A stretch of DNA of 49,138 nt from an uncultured bacterium (lineage in GTDB: Bacteria; Chlamydiota; Chlamydiia; Chlamydiales; SM23-39), in the NCBI GenBank assembly GCA_964644465.1, contig CAZXVU010000003.1:1-49138 (forward strand). The letters are read 5' to 3'. The translations under genes were made by a program, and so were the position numbers. Of the stretch, positions 34,524-44,144 are shown in pieces. Every line of letters begins with the position of its first letter. Position 1 is the stretch's first letter. The notes beneath the pieces were generated by a model. The model saw only the letters and a list, made by a program, of their open reading frames with translations, searched no databases and had not been told where the DNA came from.

Positions 34524-34865
34524 ATGGCCAAGCGCAGAGCCCATAAGAGAAAATCTCATAGAAAGACTCATAAGAGAAAAGTTCACAAAAAAACCCGTGC
34601 CCGTAAAGCAACAAGACGTAGAGTTGCTAAACGCAAAAAATCGAAAGGGGCGGTAAAATCCATTCTTGCGAACAAAAAGGCCCATTGGACTGCCTACAAG
34701 CACCTACAGAAGAAAGTCGATAAGGCTTGGGCAAAACTTCGCCACGATGCTAAACGTAAAGCAAACCCTGTCATTTTGATCAGAGACAAGAATCAACTTT
34801 TACTGCTGCTCGGGGAATGCAATTACATGGCTCGCGAATGCATGAGAATGATGCATCGCCGGTAA
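34524..34865 (+). CDS. Extremely basic small protein (Arg/Lys/His-rich N-terminal half); possible nucleic-acid-binding or histone-like protein
   Basis: Strong GAGGAGG RBS with TATAAT at 34491-96. MAKRRAHKRKSHRKTHKRKVHKKTRARKATRRRVAKRKKSKG..., followed by a helical C-terminal half and a terminator. Confidence 0.6.
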   Translation: MAKRRAHKRKSHRKTHKRKVHKKTRARKATRRRVAKRKKSKGAVKSILANKKAHWTAYKHLQKKVDKAWAKLRHDAKRKANPVILIRDKNQLLLLLGECNYMARECMRMMHRR

Positions 34866-34890
34866 GAATTTCCACTCCAGTTTTTCTCTA

Positions 34891-34915
34891 AGGGGAGCTC
34901 GGCTCCCCTGCTTTT
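34891..34915 (+). terminator. Rho-independent terminator
   Basis: AGGGGAGC (34891-98) / tcg / GCTCCCCT (34902-09), followed by GCTTTT. Confidence 0.6.
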
Positions 34916-35282
34916 AGGTAGAATTCTCGATATTTGCTAATTCTCCGCTCAACTCTTTCAGCATATTCAATAGATCACCATTACAGTCCGCAGGATCGTT
35001 TTGTACTTGTTTGACCAAATCCCGAACTTTTTGGAAAAGAGTGGCTTCATCTCCAACAGCTTTTAGTATTTGTTCGATCTGGGCCATAGCTCCTTGTTTC
35101 CCGCCTACATCTCCACGCTGGTTGGCGATGATATACTCAATGAGAGCATTAAAGAGCTCTTTGATCTTTTTGCCCGCTTCCTTGTTCCATTCATCTTTCG
35201 AAGTCTCCTGAGAAAGGAGTCCAAGATAATATTCGATTTGCGAATCCAAATTAACGGTTACGTTTGAAATATTAATAGCCAT
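34914..35282 (-). CDS. Hypothetical helical protein (122 aa)
   Basis: AAGGTGA RBS; MAINISNVTVNLDSQ...; no recognisable motif. Confidence 0.45.
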   Translation of the reverse strand: MAINISNVTVNLDSQIEYYLGLLSQETSKDEWNKEAGKKIKELFNALIEYIIANQRGDVGGKQGAMAQIEQILKAVGDEATLFQKVRDLVKQVQNDPADCNGDLLNMLKELSGELANIENST

Positions 35283-35437
35283 AAATCACCTTAGTTCAAT
35301 TTTATCATGAAATCTTTTTAAGGTTAATAACTTATTTTGAAATATAAATTGTAAGTAATTTATAATTAGCTATTTAGTGAATTTGTCCCTAAAAAAATGC
35401 CTCAAGTCTTAAACTGGAAGGTTTAAGCGAGGAATTC

Positions 35438-38383
35438 ATGCAATCATCATTGGAAGCCGTGGGACAGACATTTAAGGACTTTGCGATCACCAAATATCTT
35501 CCTCTGAATGAGTTAAAAAGCACTCTGATCGAACTGATCCATGAGCCGACGGGAGCTCGCGTCCTCCATATCGCCAATGACGACCCCGAAAACCTTTTCT
35601 GCCTCTCGTTTCAGACCTTGCCAAACAACTCCAACGGAGTGGCCCATATTCTGGAGCATACCGTACTTTGCGGATCTAAGAAGTTCCCGGTAAAAGACCC
35701 TTTCTTCGCTATGACGCGAAGAAGCCTCAATACCTATATGAACGCGCTCACAGGCCAGGATTTCACCTGTTATCCAGCAAGTTCCCAGGTAGAAAAAGAC
35801 TTCTACAATTTGTTGGAGGTCTATCTCGATGCGGTCTTTCATCCCGAATTGAAGACTGTGAGCTTTTTGCAAGAAGGGCATAGGTTGGAATTCGTGGATG
35901 CGAAAAATCTCCATGGTCCACTTCAATTTCAAGGAGTGGTCTATAACGAGATGAAAGGGGCCATGAGCTCTTCAGAATCACGCCTATGGCAGGCGCTGGC
36001 CAAAAAACTCACGCCAAACCTCCCTTATGCGTATAACTCCGGCGGAGATCCGAAAGAAATCCCCTCGCTCTCTTACGAAGATCTTTTGGAATTTCACTCC
36101 AATTTCTACCATCCTTCCCGCTGCCTCTTCTTTTTTTATGGAAATTTGCCTCTCACCCAACACTTAGAATTTATTGTGGAAAAAGCGCTTAAAGGCGTGA
36201 AAAAAATTCCTCTGCTGCCCCCTCTCCCGCTCCAGCCTCGGTTTACCTCGCCTGTATCTGCAACTGACCGTTATCCCATTGCTAAAGAAGAATCGCTGGA
36301 GCGCAAAACACAGGTTGCTTTTGCCTGGCTGACAATGCCTATTTCTAATCAGGGAGAGTTGTTAGCTCTTTGCCTCCTCGAAAGTATTCTGACCGATACA
36401 GACGCCTCCTTTTTAAAAATGGCCCTTTTGAAGTCGGGGCTCTGCACTCAAGTGGAATCAGCCATCGATGTGGAAATGAGCGAAATCCCTTGGACGATCA
36501 TCTGCCAAGGATGCGAAGAAAAAGATGCTCCTGGTTTGAAAAAGGTTCTTTTCGATGCTCTGAAAGAAGCCGCTTCCCGTCCTTTTACATCTATGGAAAT
36601 TGAAGCATCGCTGCATCAGCTCGAGTTCCAAAGGCTAGAGATTGGCGCTGAAGGGATTCCCTTCGGACTCACTCTCTTCATGAGGGCTGGGCTTATCAAA
36701 CAACATGGCAGCGAATCTGAAAATGCCCTTCTGGTGCATAGCCTTTTCAATGAATTGCGCGCCCGTCTTTCCGATCCTGACTACCTTTCTTCAATCCTCC
36801 ACAAATATCTTTTGGACAACTCCCATTTCGTCCAATTGATCTTGAAACCTGATCCCAACTTGGAGAAAGAAGAACAAGAGGAAGAGCATAAACGGCTCGC
36901 TGCAATCCGCTCCCGCTTGACCGAGAAAGAAGAAAAACAAATTGCAAAACAAACGGAACAATTGGCCGCTTATCAAGAATCAGTGGAAAACCAATCCTTG
37001 GAATGCCTCCCCAAAGTGACGCTCCGCGACGTCCCCCCTCATGCTCGAGATTTCTCACTCAAAGAATCAAAAGTGGACGATCTCGAAATATCCCATCACG
37101 ATTGTTTTACAAATCATATCCTCTATGCAGATCTGATCTACGATTTGCCCAGCCTTTCCGAAGAAGAGCTTTCTTTGGTTTCCCTTTTTGTGCGCCTACT
37201 GCCTGAATTAGGGTGCGGCGGCCGCAACTATGCAGAGAATTTAGACTATCAACAAGCTTATATCGGCGGGATGGATGCCTCGTTGGCCTTGCATGTAACG
37301 CACGCAGATCCAAATCATTGCCGCCCCACGTTTTCTCTACGCGGAAAAACGCTTTATCGCAATAGCGACAAGCTCTTCACTCTTTTTGTCGACTTTGCAA
37401 AGTCCGCCGACTTTACCGATAAAGAAAGGATCAAAGAATGGCTGGAGCAGCATGCCACAGATCTGCAAAACCGTTTCACAAAGAATTCTCTTTCTTATGC
37501 CATTCAAACGGCTCTAAGCGGATTTTCATCAGCATCTTTTGTCTATAACCGATGGCATGGTCTTCCCTATTATCAAATGGTCCTCAAATGGGTCAAAGAA
37601 TTCGGAGATCCTCTCATTGATGAACTCAAGCGGATTCAAAACCTGATCCTCGGTCTGCGGAATCCCCAATTAGTCCTTTCCTGCAGCGAAGAACAGGCCC
37701 GTTTTCTGAAAAAAGAAAATTATTACAACTTGGCGTCCCGTTTGCCGAAGCGAAGCTTTGCTCCCTGGGTGGGAAAATATACTCTGCCTAAAATCGATCC
37801 TCAGGCTTACCTCATTCCAGCCCCTGTGGCATTTACAGCATCTGGAATGCGCACGATTTCCTACCAAGATCCCAAAGCGCCTCTCCTTTTGATCTCCACG
37901 GAATTGATGGGAAATCTCATCCTCCATAAAGAAATCCGAGAAAAAGGAGGCGCTTATGGAAGCGGGGCCTCTTACGCTCCCAGCACAGGAAATTTCAACT
38001 TTTTTTCCTACAGAGATCCCAATCTTTCTAGAACCATCGATATTTTCCAAAAAGCTCTGGAGAAAATCGGAGCAGGAAACTTCAATGAGCGGGAATTGGA
38101 AGAGGCGAAATTGGGCGTCATCCAAACCATCGACTCACCTGTTCCTCCAAGCAATCGAGCGATGACCGCTTATTCTTGGAAGAGAGCCGGCCGTACTTTG
38201 GATCTCCGCGAGGCTTTCCGCAAAAAAGTTCTTTCCGCGGGAAAACAAGAAGTCGCTGATGCGGTTCGAGATTGTCTTCTTCCTCATGCAAGAGTGATCG
38301 TCTCCTTCTTAGGCCAAGAGCTCTTGAACAAAGAAAAGAAAAAATTAAAAATTCCTTTACCCATCCAGCCTATTGAGGTTTAG
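35438..38383 (+). CDS. M16C family zinc metallopeptidase (presequence-protease / PreP-like insulinase)
   Basis: Inverted zinc motif GVAHILEHTVLCGS (HxxEH), NALTGQDFTCYP, VVYNEMKG; ~980 aa four-domain length typical of M16C. Confidence 0.85.
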   Translation: MQSSLEAVGQTFKDFAITKYLPLNELKSTLIELIHEPTGARVLHIANDDPENLFCLSFQTLPNNSNGVAHILEHTVLCGSKKFPVKDPFFAMTRRSLNTYMNALTGQDFTCYPASSQVEKDFYNLLEVYLDAVFHPELKTVSFLQEGHRLEFVDAKNLHGPLQFQGVVYNEMKGAMSSSESRLWQALAKKLTPNLPYAYNSGGDPKEIPSLSYEDLLEFHSNFYHPSRCLFFFYGNLPLTQHLEFIVEKALKGVKKIPLLPPLPLQPRFTSPVSATDRYPIAKEESLERKTQVAFAWLTMPISNQGELLALCLLESILTDTDASFLKMALLKSGLCTQVESAIDVEMSEIPWTIICQGCEEKDAPGLKKVLFDALKEAASRPFTSMEIEASLHQLEFQRLEIGAEGIPFGLTLFMRAGLIKQHGSESENALLVHSLFNELRARLSDPDYLSSILHKYLLDNSHFVQLILKPDPNLEKEEQEEEHKRLAAIRSRLTEKEEKQIAKQTEQLAAYQESVENQSLECLPKVTLRDVPPHARDFSLKESKVDDLEISHHDCFTNHILYADLIYDLPSLSEEELSLVSLFVRLLPELGCGGRNYAENLDYQQAYIGGMDASLALHVTHADPNHCRPTFSLRGKTLYRNSDKLFTLFVDFAKSADFTDKERIKEWLEQHATDLQNRFTKNSLSYAIQTALSGFSSASFVYNRWHGLPYYQMVLKWVKEFGDPLIDELKRIQNLILGLRNPQLVLSCSEEQARFLKKENYYNLASRLPKRSFAPWVGKYTLPKIDPQAYLIPAPVAFTASGMRTISYQDPKAPLLLISTELMGNLILHKEIREKGGAYGSGASYAPSTGNFNFFSYRDPNLSRTIDIFQKALEKIGAGNFNERELEEAKLGVIQTIDSPVPPSNRAMTAYSWKRAGRTLDLREAFRKKVLSAGKQEVADAVRDCLLPHARVIVSFLGQELLNKEKKKLKIPLPIQPIEV

Positions 38384-38435
38384 AAGTCTAAAAGCTATAC
38401 TCAACACAGTTCAAATAATGTGAGAGAGGTACCCC

Positions 38436-39887
38436 ATGCTTCTGCAAAAAAGAATGATGATCACTGTTCTTGGAGTGTTAGCTTTCACCATGCCTGCGTT
38501 TTCTGCGGAACGGACGAAGGCAATGTCTGGAGCTAGCTTGCTGGAACAAACTTCCCAGGCTTTTACGCAAATCGCCGATTCAGCGATGCCGGCAACGGTC
38601 TTCATTAAATCGCAAATCGCAACTCAGCAGCAATTTGTCAACCCTTTCGAAATGTTCGGGGATAATGATATTTTCCGCCGATTTTTCGGACAGCAGGGAC
38701 AGCAGCCTTTCGGACAGCAATTCCAACAGCAGCCGCAGCAGCAGCTTTCCGCAGGATCGGGATTTCTAGTCAGCACTGATGGGTATATCGTCACAAACAA
38801 CCACGTCATCAAAGATGCCACACAAATCACCGTCACTTTGAATGATGGCCGCGAATATCCTGCAACAGTAAAAGGGGTCGATTCCCGCACAGACCTTGCA
38901 GTGCTAAAAATCGAAGAAAAAGATCTCCCCTATTTGACCTTTGGAGACTCTGATGGTCTGAAAATTGGAGAATGGGTCGTCGCCATTGGAAATCCTTTCG
39001 GTTTAGAAGCTACTTTAACACAAGGCGTAGTCAGCGCTAAAGGGCGCCAGGATCTTGGCATTGCCTCTTATGAAGATTTTATCCAGACTGATGCCGCTAT
39101 CAATCCTGGCAACTCAGGCGGGCCTCTCTTGAACCTTCAGGGAGATGTGATCGGCGTCAATACAGCGATTTTCAGCCGCAGCGGCGGTTATATGGGAATA
39201 GGCCTTGCCATCCCTAGCAGAATGGCTCAGAACGTTATCGACCAAATTCTCGATACGGGAACTGTGCAACGAGCTTATCTCGGGATCGTCTTGCAGCCTG
39301 TAGACAAAGAACTTTCAGTTGCTCTCGGTCTTGAAAAACAAGAAGGGATCCTTATTTCCGATATCGTGAAAGAGTCGCCAGCCGCTATGGCAGGACTTGT
39401 CCAAGGAGATATCATTGTTCAATACAATGACAAAACTGTGAAAAACGTCAGTAAGTTCCGGAACGACGTAGCTATGATGAATCCAGGCACGGACCTTAAG
39501 CTGAAAATCCTGCGCAATAATAAACCGATGACAATCGCAGTGAACCTCGGATCTCAGAAAGAGGGAGAAGTCATTACTGCTGAAGTGATCCAAAAACTCG
39601 GCCTTGAAGTAGAAAATCTCACTTCAGAGCTAGCCGCTAAGCTCGGCTATTCCAATGATGTGAATGGAGTTGTGATTTCAAAAGTGAAGCCCGGCTCTCC
39701 CGCCGCAATCACTGGCCTCCGCGCCGGGTATCTCATTACTGGAGCGGCGATCAACTACAATCAAAAACCGATCAAAAATACGACGGAATTTGACGAAACG
39801 CTGAAAGAAATCGGAGAAAAAAAGCACATCATCTTGATTGTGCGACACCAGAATTTCCAACGCTATTACACTCTTAAGCTAAACTAA
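38436..39887 (+). CDS. htrA: HtrA/DegP family periplasmic serine protease with two PDZ domains
   Basis: Signal peptide, Gln-rich loop, TNNHV (His), DLAVLK (Asp), GNSGGPL (Ser), and two PDZ-like units (YLGIVLQPV... and GVVISKVKPGSPAA). Confidence 0.9.
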   Translation: MLLQKRMMITVLGVLAFTMPAFSAERTKAMSGASLLEQTSQAFTQIADSAMPATVFIKSQIATQQQFVNPFEMFGDNDIFRRFFGQQGQQPFGQQFQQQPQQQLSAGSGFLVSTDGYIVTNNHVIKDATQITVTLNDGREYPATVKGVDSRTDLAVLKIEEKDLPYLTFGDSDGLKIGEWVVAIGNPFGLEATLTQGVVSAKGRQDLGIASYEDFIQTDAAINPGNSGGPLLNLQGDVIGVNTAIFSRSGGYMGIGLAIPSRMAQNVIDQILDTGTVQRAYLGIVLQPVDKELSVALGLEKQEGILISDIVKESPAAMAGLVQGDIIVQYNDKTVKNVSKFRNDVAMMNPGTDLKLKILRNNKPMTIAVNLGSQKEGEVITAEVIQKLGLEVENLTSELAAKLGYSNDVNGVVISKVKPGSPAAITGLRAGYLITGAAINYNQKPIKNTTEFDETLKEIGEKKHIILIVRHQNFQRYYTLKLN

Positions 39888-41136
39888 GTTTGCAAGCAGT
39901 GAATGCATTTCGGATGGCAGCAGCAATTCCCGACCAAAAGTCGCAGAATCTCTGCCATCTGGTTTTAGGGACGACAGCTTCTTTAGGAGCTTCGACTTTT
40001 TGAGGTTCTTCAACAATCCTTTCAACAGATGCTCGAGGCTGGATTTTCACTGGGGCAACAGCTACAGGTCTTGGTTCAAACTGTTCCAGGATTTCAATCT
40101 CTCTTCCCATTGAGGTGCAAAATAGAGAGCAAAGCCTCATGTCTAATTCCAGACTCTTTTCAAGATCGGAAACGGAAGTATTCCAGCCTAAATAGGGAGC
40201 AAACTGATTCATTTGCATGTACAGCTCTCCGCTTTCCTTAAATAGTTGCTGGATCGCTCTGAATTCTACCAGGACCGCTTCAGCCTGTTTTATGCTTTCC
40301 CGCGCATCTTTCGAAGTCCGTGAATGCTTTGGAATCTTACTATATTGAGCTCTAGCCTCAGCCAATCTCTCTATTCCTTCTTTTCTCAGTAGCGGCGCAT
40401 TATAAGCAGCATCTCCCACCTCTAGCCATTCAGAAGCGATTTTATCGAGTTTCTTATCTAACGCTTTTGCAAAAACCTCATCAAGCGCTTTGGCTGCTTT
40501 CAAAAGACCCTTTAGATCTCCTGAAAATTGTTTAAGCTTTTCCACCCTGCCTTCCAATTTTTCAACACGAACTGGAAGTTCTATATCTATATTTCTCTGT
40601 GCTATCTTTTGAATGAGGTTGAGCCCTTCTAAAAGATCTTGGTAAAACTCTTGGCTTGTGCTGTCGAATAGCCCTTGCATAGACTTTATATCCAATCCAT
40701 GGTTGCTCAGGAACTCCAATGTCCTCTTGCGGTTCAGATGGCCTCTGCTCTCTCTAAATTCCGCTTCTCTTACGGTAAAGTCCTGCAAAGAGGTTTCAAC
40801 TCGGGATAACTGTCCTGACAAATTCTTTCTATAATCGGTCAAAACATGGGTCATCTTTAAAATTTGATTTTTCAGTGCATGTTTATAGAGTTTTCTTGTC
40901 AATTCAGAGGAGAAATATTCAATGGATTTTTTGGCTAAAGGATTTTTTGCCGATTCACGATTCTTCCAGCCCTCTATAGCTCGTGCAAAATTTCTGATAG
41001 ATTGCTCTACATCTATCCCATCAAGTGTAAATTTTGTTCGTATCTGTGTTCGTATTTCATCGAAGCGCCCTTCAAGGCTCGCCGATTCTAGTTCTACGCC
41101 TAAAAATTTCGATTGTTCTTCTATTATTACTGACAT
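39874..41136 (-). CDS. Hypothetical all-helical/coiled-coil protein (420 aa)
   Basis: Long uninterrupted frame with no enzymatic motif. The C-terminus has PxxP/K-rich spacers and a hydrophobic tail FCDFWSGIAAAIRNAF. The 3' end overlaps the htrA stop by 14 nt. Confidence 0.55.
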   Translation of the reverse strand: MSVIIEEQSKFLGVELESASLEGRFDEIRTQIRTKFTLDGIDVEQSIRNFARAIEGWKNRESAKNPLAKKSIEYFSSELTRKLYKHALKNQILKMTHVLTDYRKNLSGQLSRVETSLQDFTVREAEFRESRGHLNRKRTLEFLSNHGLDIKSMQGLFDSTSQEFYQDLLEGLNLIQKIAQRNIDIELPVRVEKLEGRVEKLKQFSGDLKGLLKAAKALDEVFAKALDKKLDKIASEWLEVGDAAYNAPLLRKEGIERLAEARAQYSKIPKHSRTSKDARESIKQAEAVLVEFRAIQQLFKESGELYMQMNQFAPYLGWNTSVSDLEKSLELDMRLCSLFCTSMGREIEILEQFEPRPVAVAPVKIQPRASVERIVEEPQKVEAPKEAVVPKTRWQRFCDFWSGIAAAIRNAFTACKLSLA

Positions 41137-41398
41137 AATTACCCTGACTTTTTATTAACTATCCGTCAATAATACACAAACTAACAAAACAAATCAACGC
41201 AAGTTATTAATACAAAAAACCAAATTATTTACTTTTAATTACATCATATAAATAATCGGAATACATCACTATTTAACCGTTACTGAAGACACTTCCCAAG
41301 GATTCCTATTGATCAATGTTAACTATCCAATTAATTAATAATAGTTAATGTAAATTAAATAATTTGATATAATATAACGAAAACAAATAGGGATAACA

Positions 41399-42823
41399 AT
41401 GATTCCATTATCAAATTCATGGGGTTCTTTAGAAAACGACCCTCTGACAGATTCTCAAAGACTTAATATTAAGTACTTTATAGATAGCCAGTTGCTGACC
41501 GACACAGAAATGGACGAGCCCTATGGATACGGCAGCAGGACCCGAAAAATGGATATTTTTGAGGCAGCCCATGCTGAAAAATACTCTGCCCTGACAGCCC
41601 TTTCCAAAACATACGATTCTTACGATCGTCAAAACCTGAAAGCTGCCGCAGACGTTTTCAAAGCCCAAGGGAGAGACTTTACCCTTTTACGAAAAGCACT
41701 CAAAACCCCTGAAGCACTCGCCGGCTGTTTCGGCATAGACGCGAGCAAGCCCGATCAGGTATTTGCCGCTCAGCAATACCTTAAAATTGCGATTCGAGGG
41801 ATGCAGTGCCATTGTACAACTTCACAACTATACGATCAGTATCGGGACAAGATGGCCTCCAATCATGGGAGATATTCAAGTACAGAGATCAGTCTCAAAA
41901 AGAAGATGCTGATGCAAAATGATCCCGTCAGAAAATTAGATCCTTCAAAACCCGTGACTTCTCTCGACACCGTTCTGGCCCATACCTATTTTATTGAACC
42001 TCAACAAACACAAACTACAACATCATCTGATGGAAAAGGGAATTCAAAAACAACAACACAGACTTACGGCCCGACTAGAGAAGAAGCGCGAGGAATCATT
42101 GCAAGAGAACTCACCAAGCTCTGGAACTCCCCAGATACCCGATATATCGTTGAAGCTTTAGGATTATTGATTCAGAGAGAAAAAGGGGATATTTTTTTCA
42201 GTAATTTTCCGATGGGAGTAGGAAGATTGGGAATACCCTATGGATCTCAATCGGATCTGTTTGGAGGCGTCCAAGGATTTTATAATAGTAACCACTCCAT
42301 CATGATGGCCTCTCTCATCAATCCATTTGATAATAAAGTGATCCGCTCTACTCTCACTACTTTCGTGCATGAAACCCTTCATTTCCTTTTCAGCCGAATC
42401 GTCAAGAATGGGTGTTCGCCAGTCAAAGCAGGCAGTCCGGAAGAGAGGCTCCTTGATGAAGCTCTTCAAAAAGATCGAGAGCATCGTTTGAAATTGCTGC
42501 CCCTTTCCCAAACTGCTCAGAATAATGATAAAAGATGGCAAAGAAATTCCGTTGAACAGACATTGGTTGATAACTTAGAAAAAAAGAATAACTATTTTCC
42601 AGGCGGTTTCAATCCAAATAATCCAGCACATCTTCAAACAATGCGCAGTGAAGCGATTGTTCGAATGGAGGAACAGTTAGCTATAGGCGTTTCTCATGAG
42701 ACTCTTAAAGAAGTGGCTCCCAATCTCTATGAGTTTTATTTTACCCACGCAAAACCTCTGATCGAAACCTATATTCTTGAAAACCGTCACCAAAACGATT
42801 CCGACGACTCTAAAATCAACTAG
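41399..42823 (+). CDS. Hypothetical protein with HExxH zinc-metalloprotease-like motif (474 aa)
   Basis: TTFVHETLHFLFS with Glu-Glu about 20 residues downstream; Thr/Gln-rich linker PQQTQTTTSSDGKGNSKTTTQT; no signal peptide. Confidence 0.55.
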   Translation: MIPLSNSWGSLENDPLTDSQRLNIKYFIDSQLLTDTEMDEPYGYGSRTRKMDIFEAAHAEKYSALTALSKTYDSYDRQNLKAAADVFKAQGRDFTLLRKALKTPEALAGCFGIDASKPDQVFAAQQYLKIAIRGMQCHCTTSQLYDQYRDKMASNHGRYSSTEISLKKKMLMQNDPVRKLDPSKPVTSLDTVLAHTYFIEPQQTQTTTSSDGKGNSKTTTQTYGPTREEARGIIARELTKLWNSPDTRYIVEALGLLIQREKGDIFFSNFPMGVGRLGIPYGSQSDLFGGVQGFYNSNHSIMMASLINPFDNKVIRSTLTTFVHETLHFLFSRIVKNGCSPVKAGSPEERLLDEALQKDREHRLKLLPLSQTAQNNDKRWQRNSVEQTLVDNLEKKNNYFPGGFNPNNPAHLQTMRSEAIVRMEEQLAIGVSHETLKEVAPNLYEFYFTHAKPLIETYILENRHQNDSDDSKIN

Positions 42824-42950
42824 GGTTCTTTCATGCGAGGCATCCCCGCCTCAATTCTATCTCTGTGTCGCCTATCTCTGTGGTGAAATATTTGGGGGTG
42901 CGGGGGCGCAGCCCCGACGTTCTCAGCATTCAGCATTCCTATTTCCTATT

Positions 42951-44141
42951 TTAATGGGGGCTGCGGAGATGGTGTTCGCGCAGCTTCAGCCAAACAGAAA
43001 GCATCCCTATCACAAGGAGGCAAAATGCGGTTGGAAGAAGAAGGATATTTTGCGGTGAGAAAAGCCCGACGGCAAAGGTCCCGATCGTCGCAAAGCTTAG
43101 ATTGAAAAATTGCATGACGGCTGAAGTATTCGACTTATCGGTCGATTCGGAAATGCATTTTGAAGAGGCAAATGCCCAAAGAATACTGTTTCCTATTTGC
43201 ATGACGAATACGCTGAAAAAGAAGCTGAATGGATTGATCCATTGATTTGCAAAGCTGAGCGAAAGGAGAACCACGCCAATGAGCATAACGAGAATGCCTG
43301 AAAGCATTGCTATCCGCGGTCTTGTCTTCCCTGCCAATTTGAAAACGATGAGCATTCCCGTTGCCAGCCCCGCTGATGGGATCAGGCACCAAAGTCCATA
43401 AGCATCGGGAGAAAGCCCAATCCGTTCGATCCCGATATAAGGAGCTACAGTCGCGAAAATATAAATGGCGGCTGAACATAATCCCATCAATGAAGCATGC
43501 AAGGTCGTAAAAGAGTCTTTGAACTGCCTTGCATATCCATGCACAATTTTAGGAAGCTGGAGGGCATCGGGATTGAGTTCTTTGGCTGTTTCGGGAAGAA
43601 GCAAGCAAAGAAGTCCTAAGAAAATCGAATAAAGAGCCATAAAAGAAAGAGCTCCATGCCATCCCCAGTAAACCGCGATAAAGCCACCAATCGCAACTCC
43701 TACTCCAGGCATCACCCCAAAAGCTAGCGACATGAGAGAAATCGCACGTGTAGCTGAGTCTCCTGAATGGACATCTCCGATCATCGTAAATCCGATCTTG
43801 ATGCCGACCGATGCGCCTAAAGCTTGAACAAAACGTCCGAAGCAAAGGCCTCCAAATGAATTCATGGAGAGAGAAATCAAAATACCAATCAAAGACAATC
43901 CGATTCCTATGTAGATCGTTTTTTTTCTTCCAAAACGGTTCGCGAGCGGCCCATAGAGAAGCATTCCCAAGGTGTAGCCGATTAAGAAAAAGGACATGGT
44001 CCATTGAGCCAGGTTTTCAGAAATCTGAAAATATTGGGAGATCTCGGGTAAAGAGGGAGTGAAGATCACTGCAGAAATGGAAGCATAGGAGACCAACAGC
44101 AGCAAAATCGCCATTCGTGAAGGTTTTAATACATCACTCAT
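42951..44141 (-). CDS. MFS transporter, Bcr/CflA-type drug-efflux family
   Basis: 12-TM pattern; motif A GPLANRFGRKKTIYIG; FVQALGAS. Confidence 0.8.
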   Translation of the reverse strand: MSDVLKPSRMAILLLLVSYASISAVIFTPSLPEISQYFQISENLAQWTMSFFLIGYTLGMLLYGPLANRFGRKKTIYIGIGLSLIGILISLSMNSFGGLCFGRFVQALGASVGIKIGFTMIGDVHSGDSATRAISLMSLAFGVMPGVGVAIGGFIAVYWGWHGALSFMALYSIFLGLLCLLLPETAKELNPDALQLPKIVHGYARQFKDSFTTLHASLMGLCSAAIYIFATVAPYIGIERIGLSPDAYGLWCLIPSAGLATGMLIVFKLAGKTRPRIAMLSGILVMLIGVVLLSLSFANQWINPFSFFFSVFVMQIGNSILWAFASSKCISESTDKSNTSAVMQFFNLSFATIGTFAVGLFSPQNILLLPTAFCLLVIGMLSVWLKLREHHLRSPH

Positions 44142-44144
44142 AAA

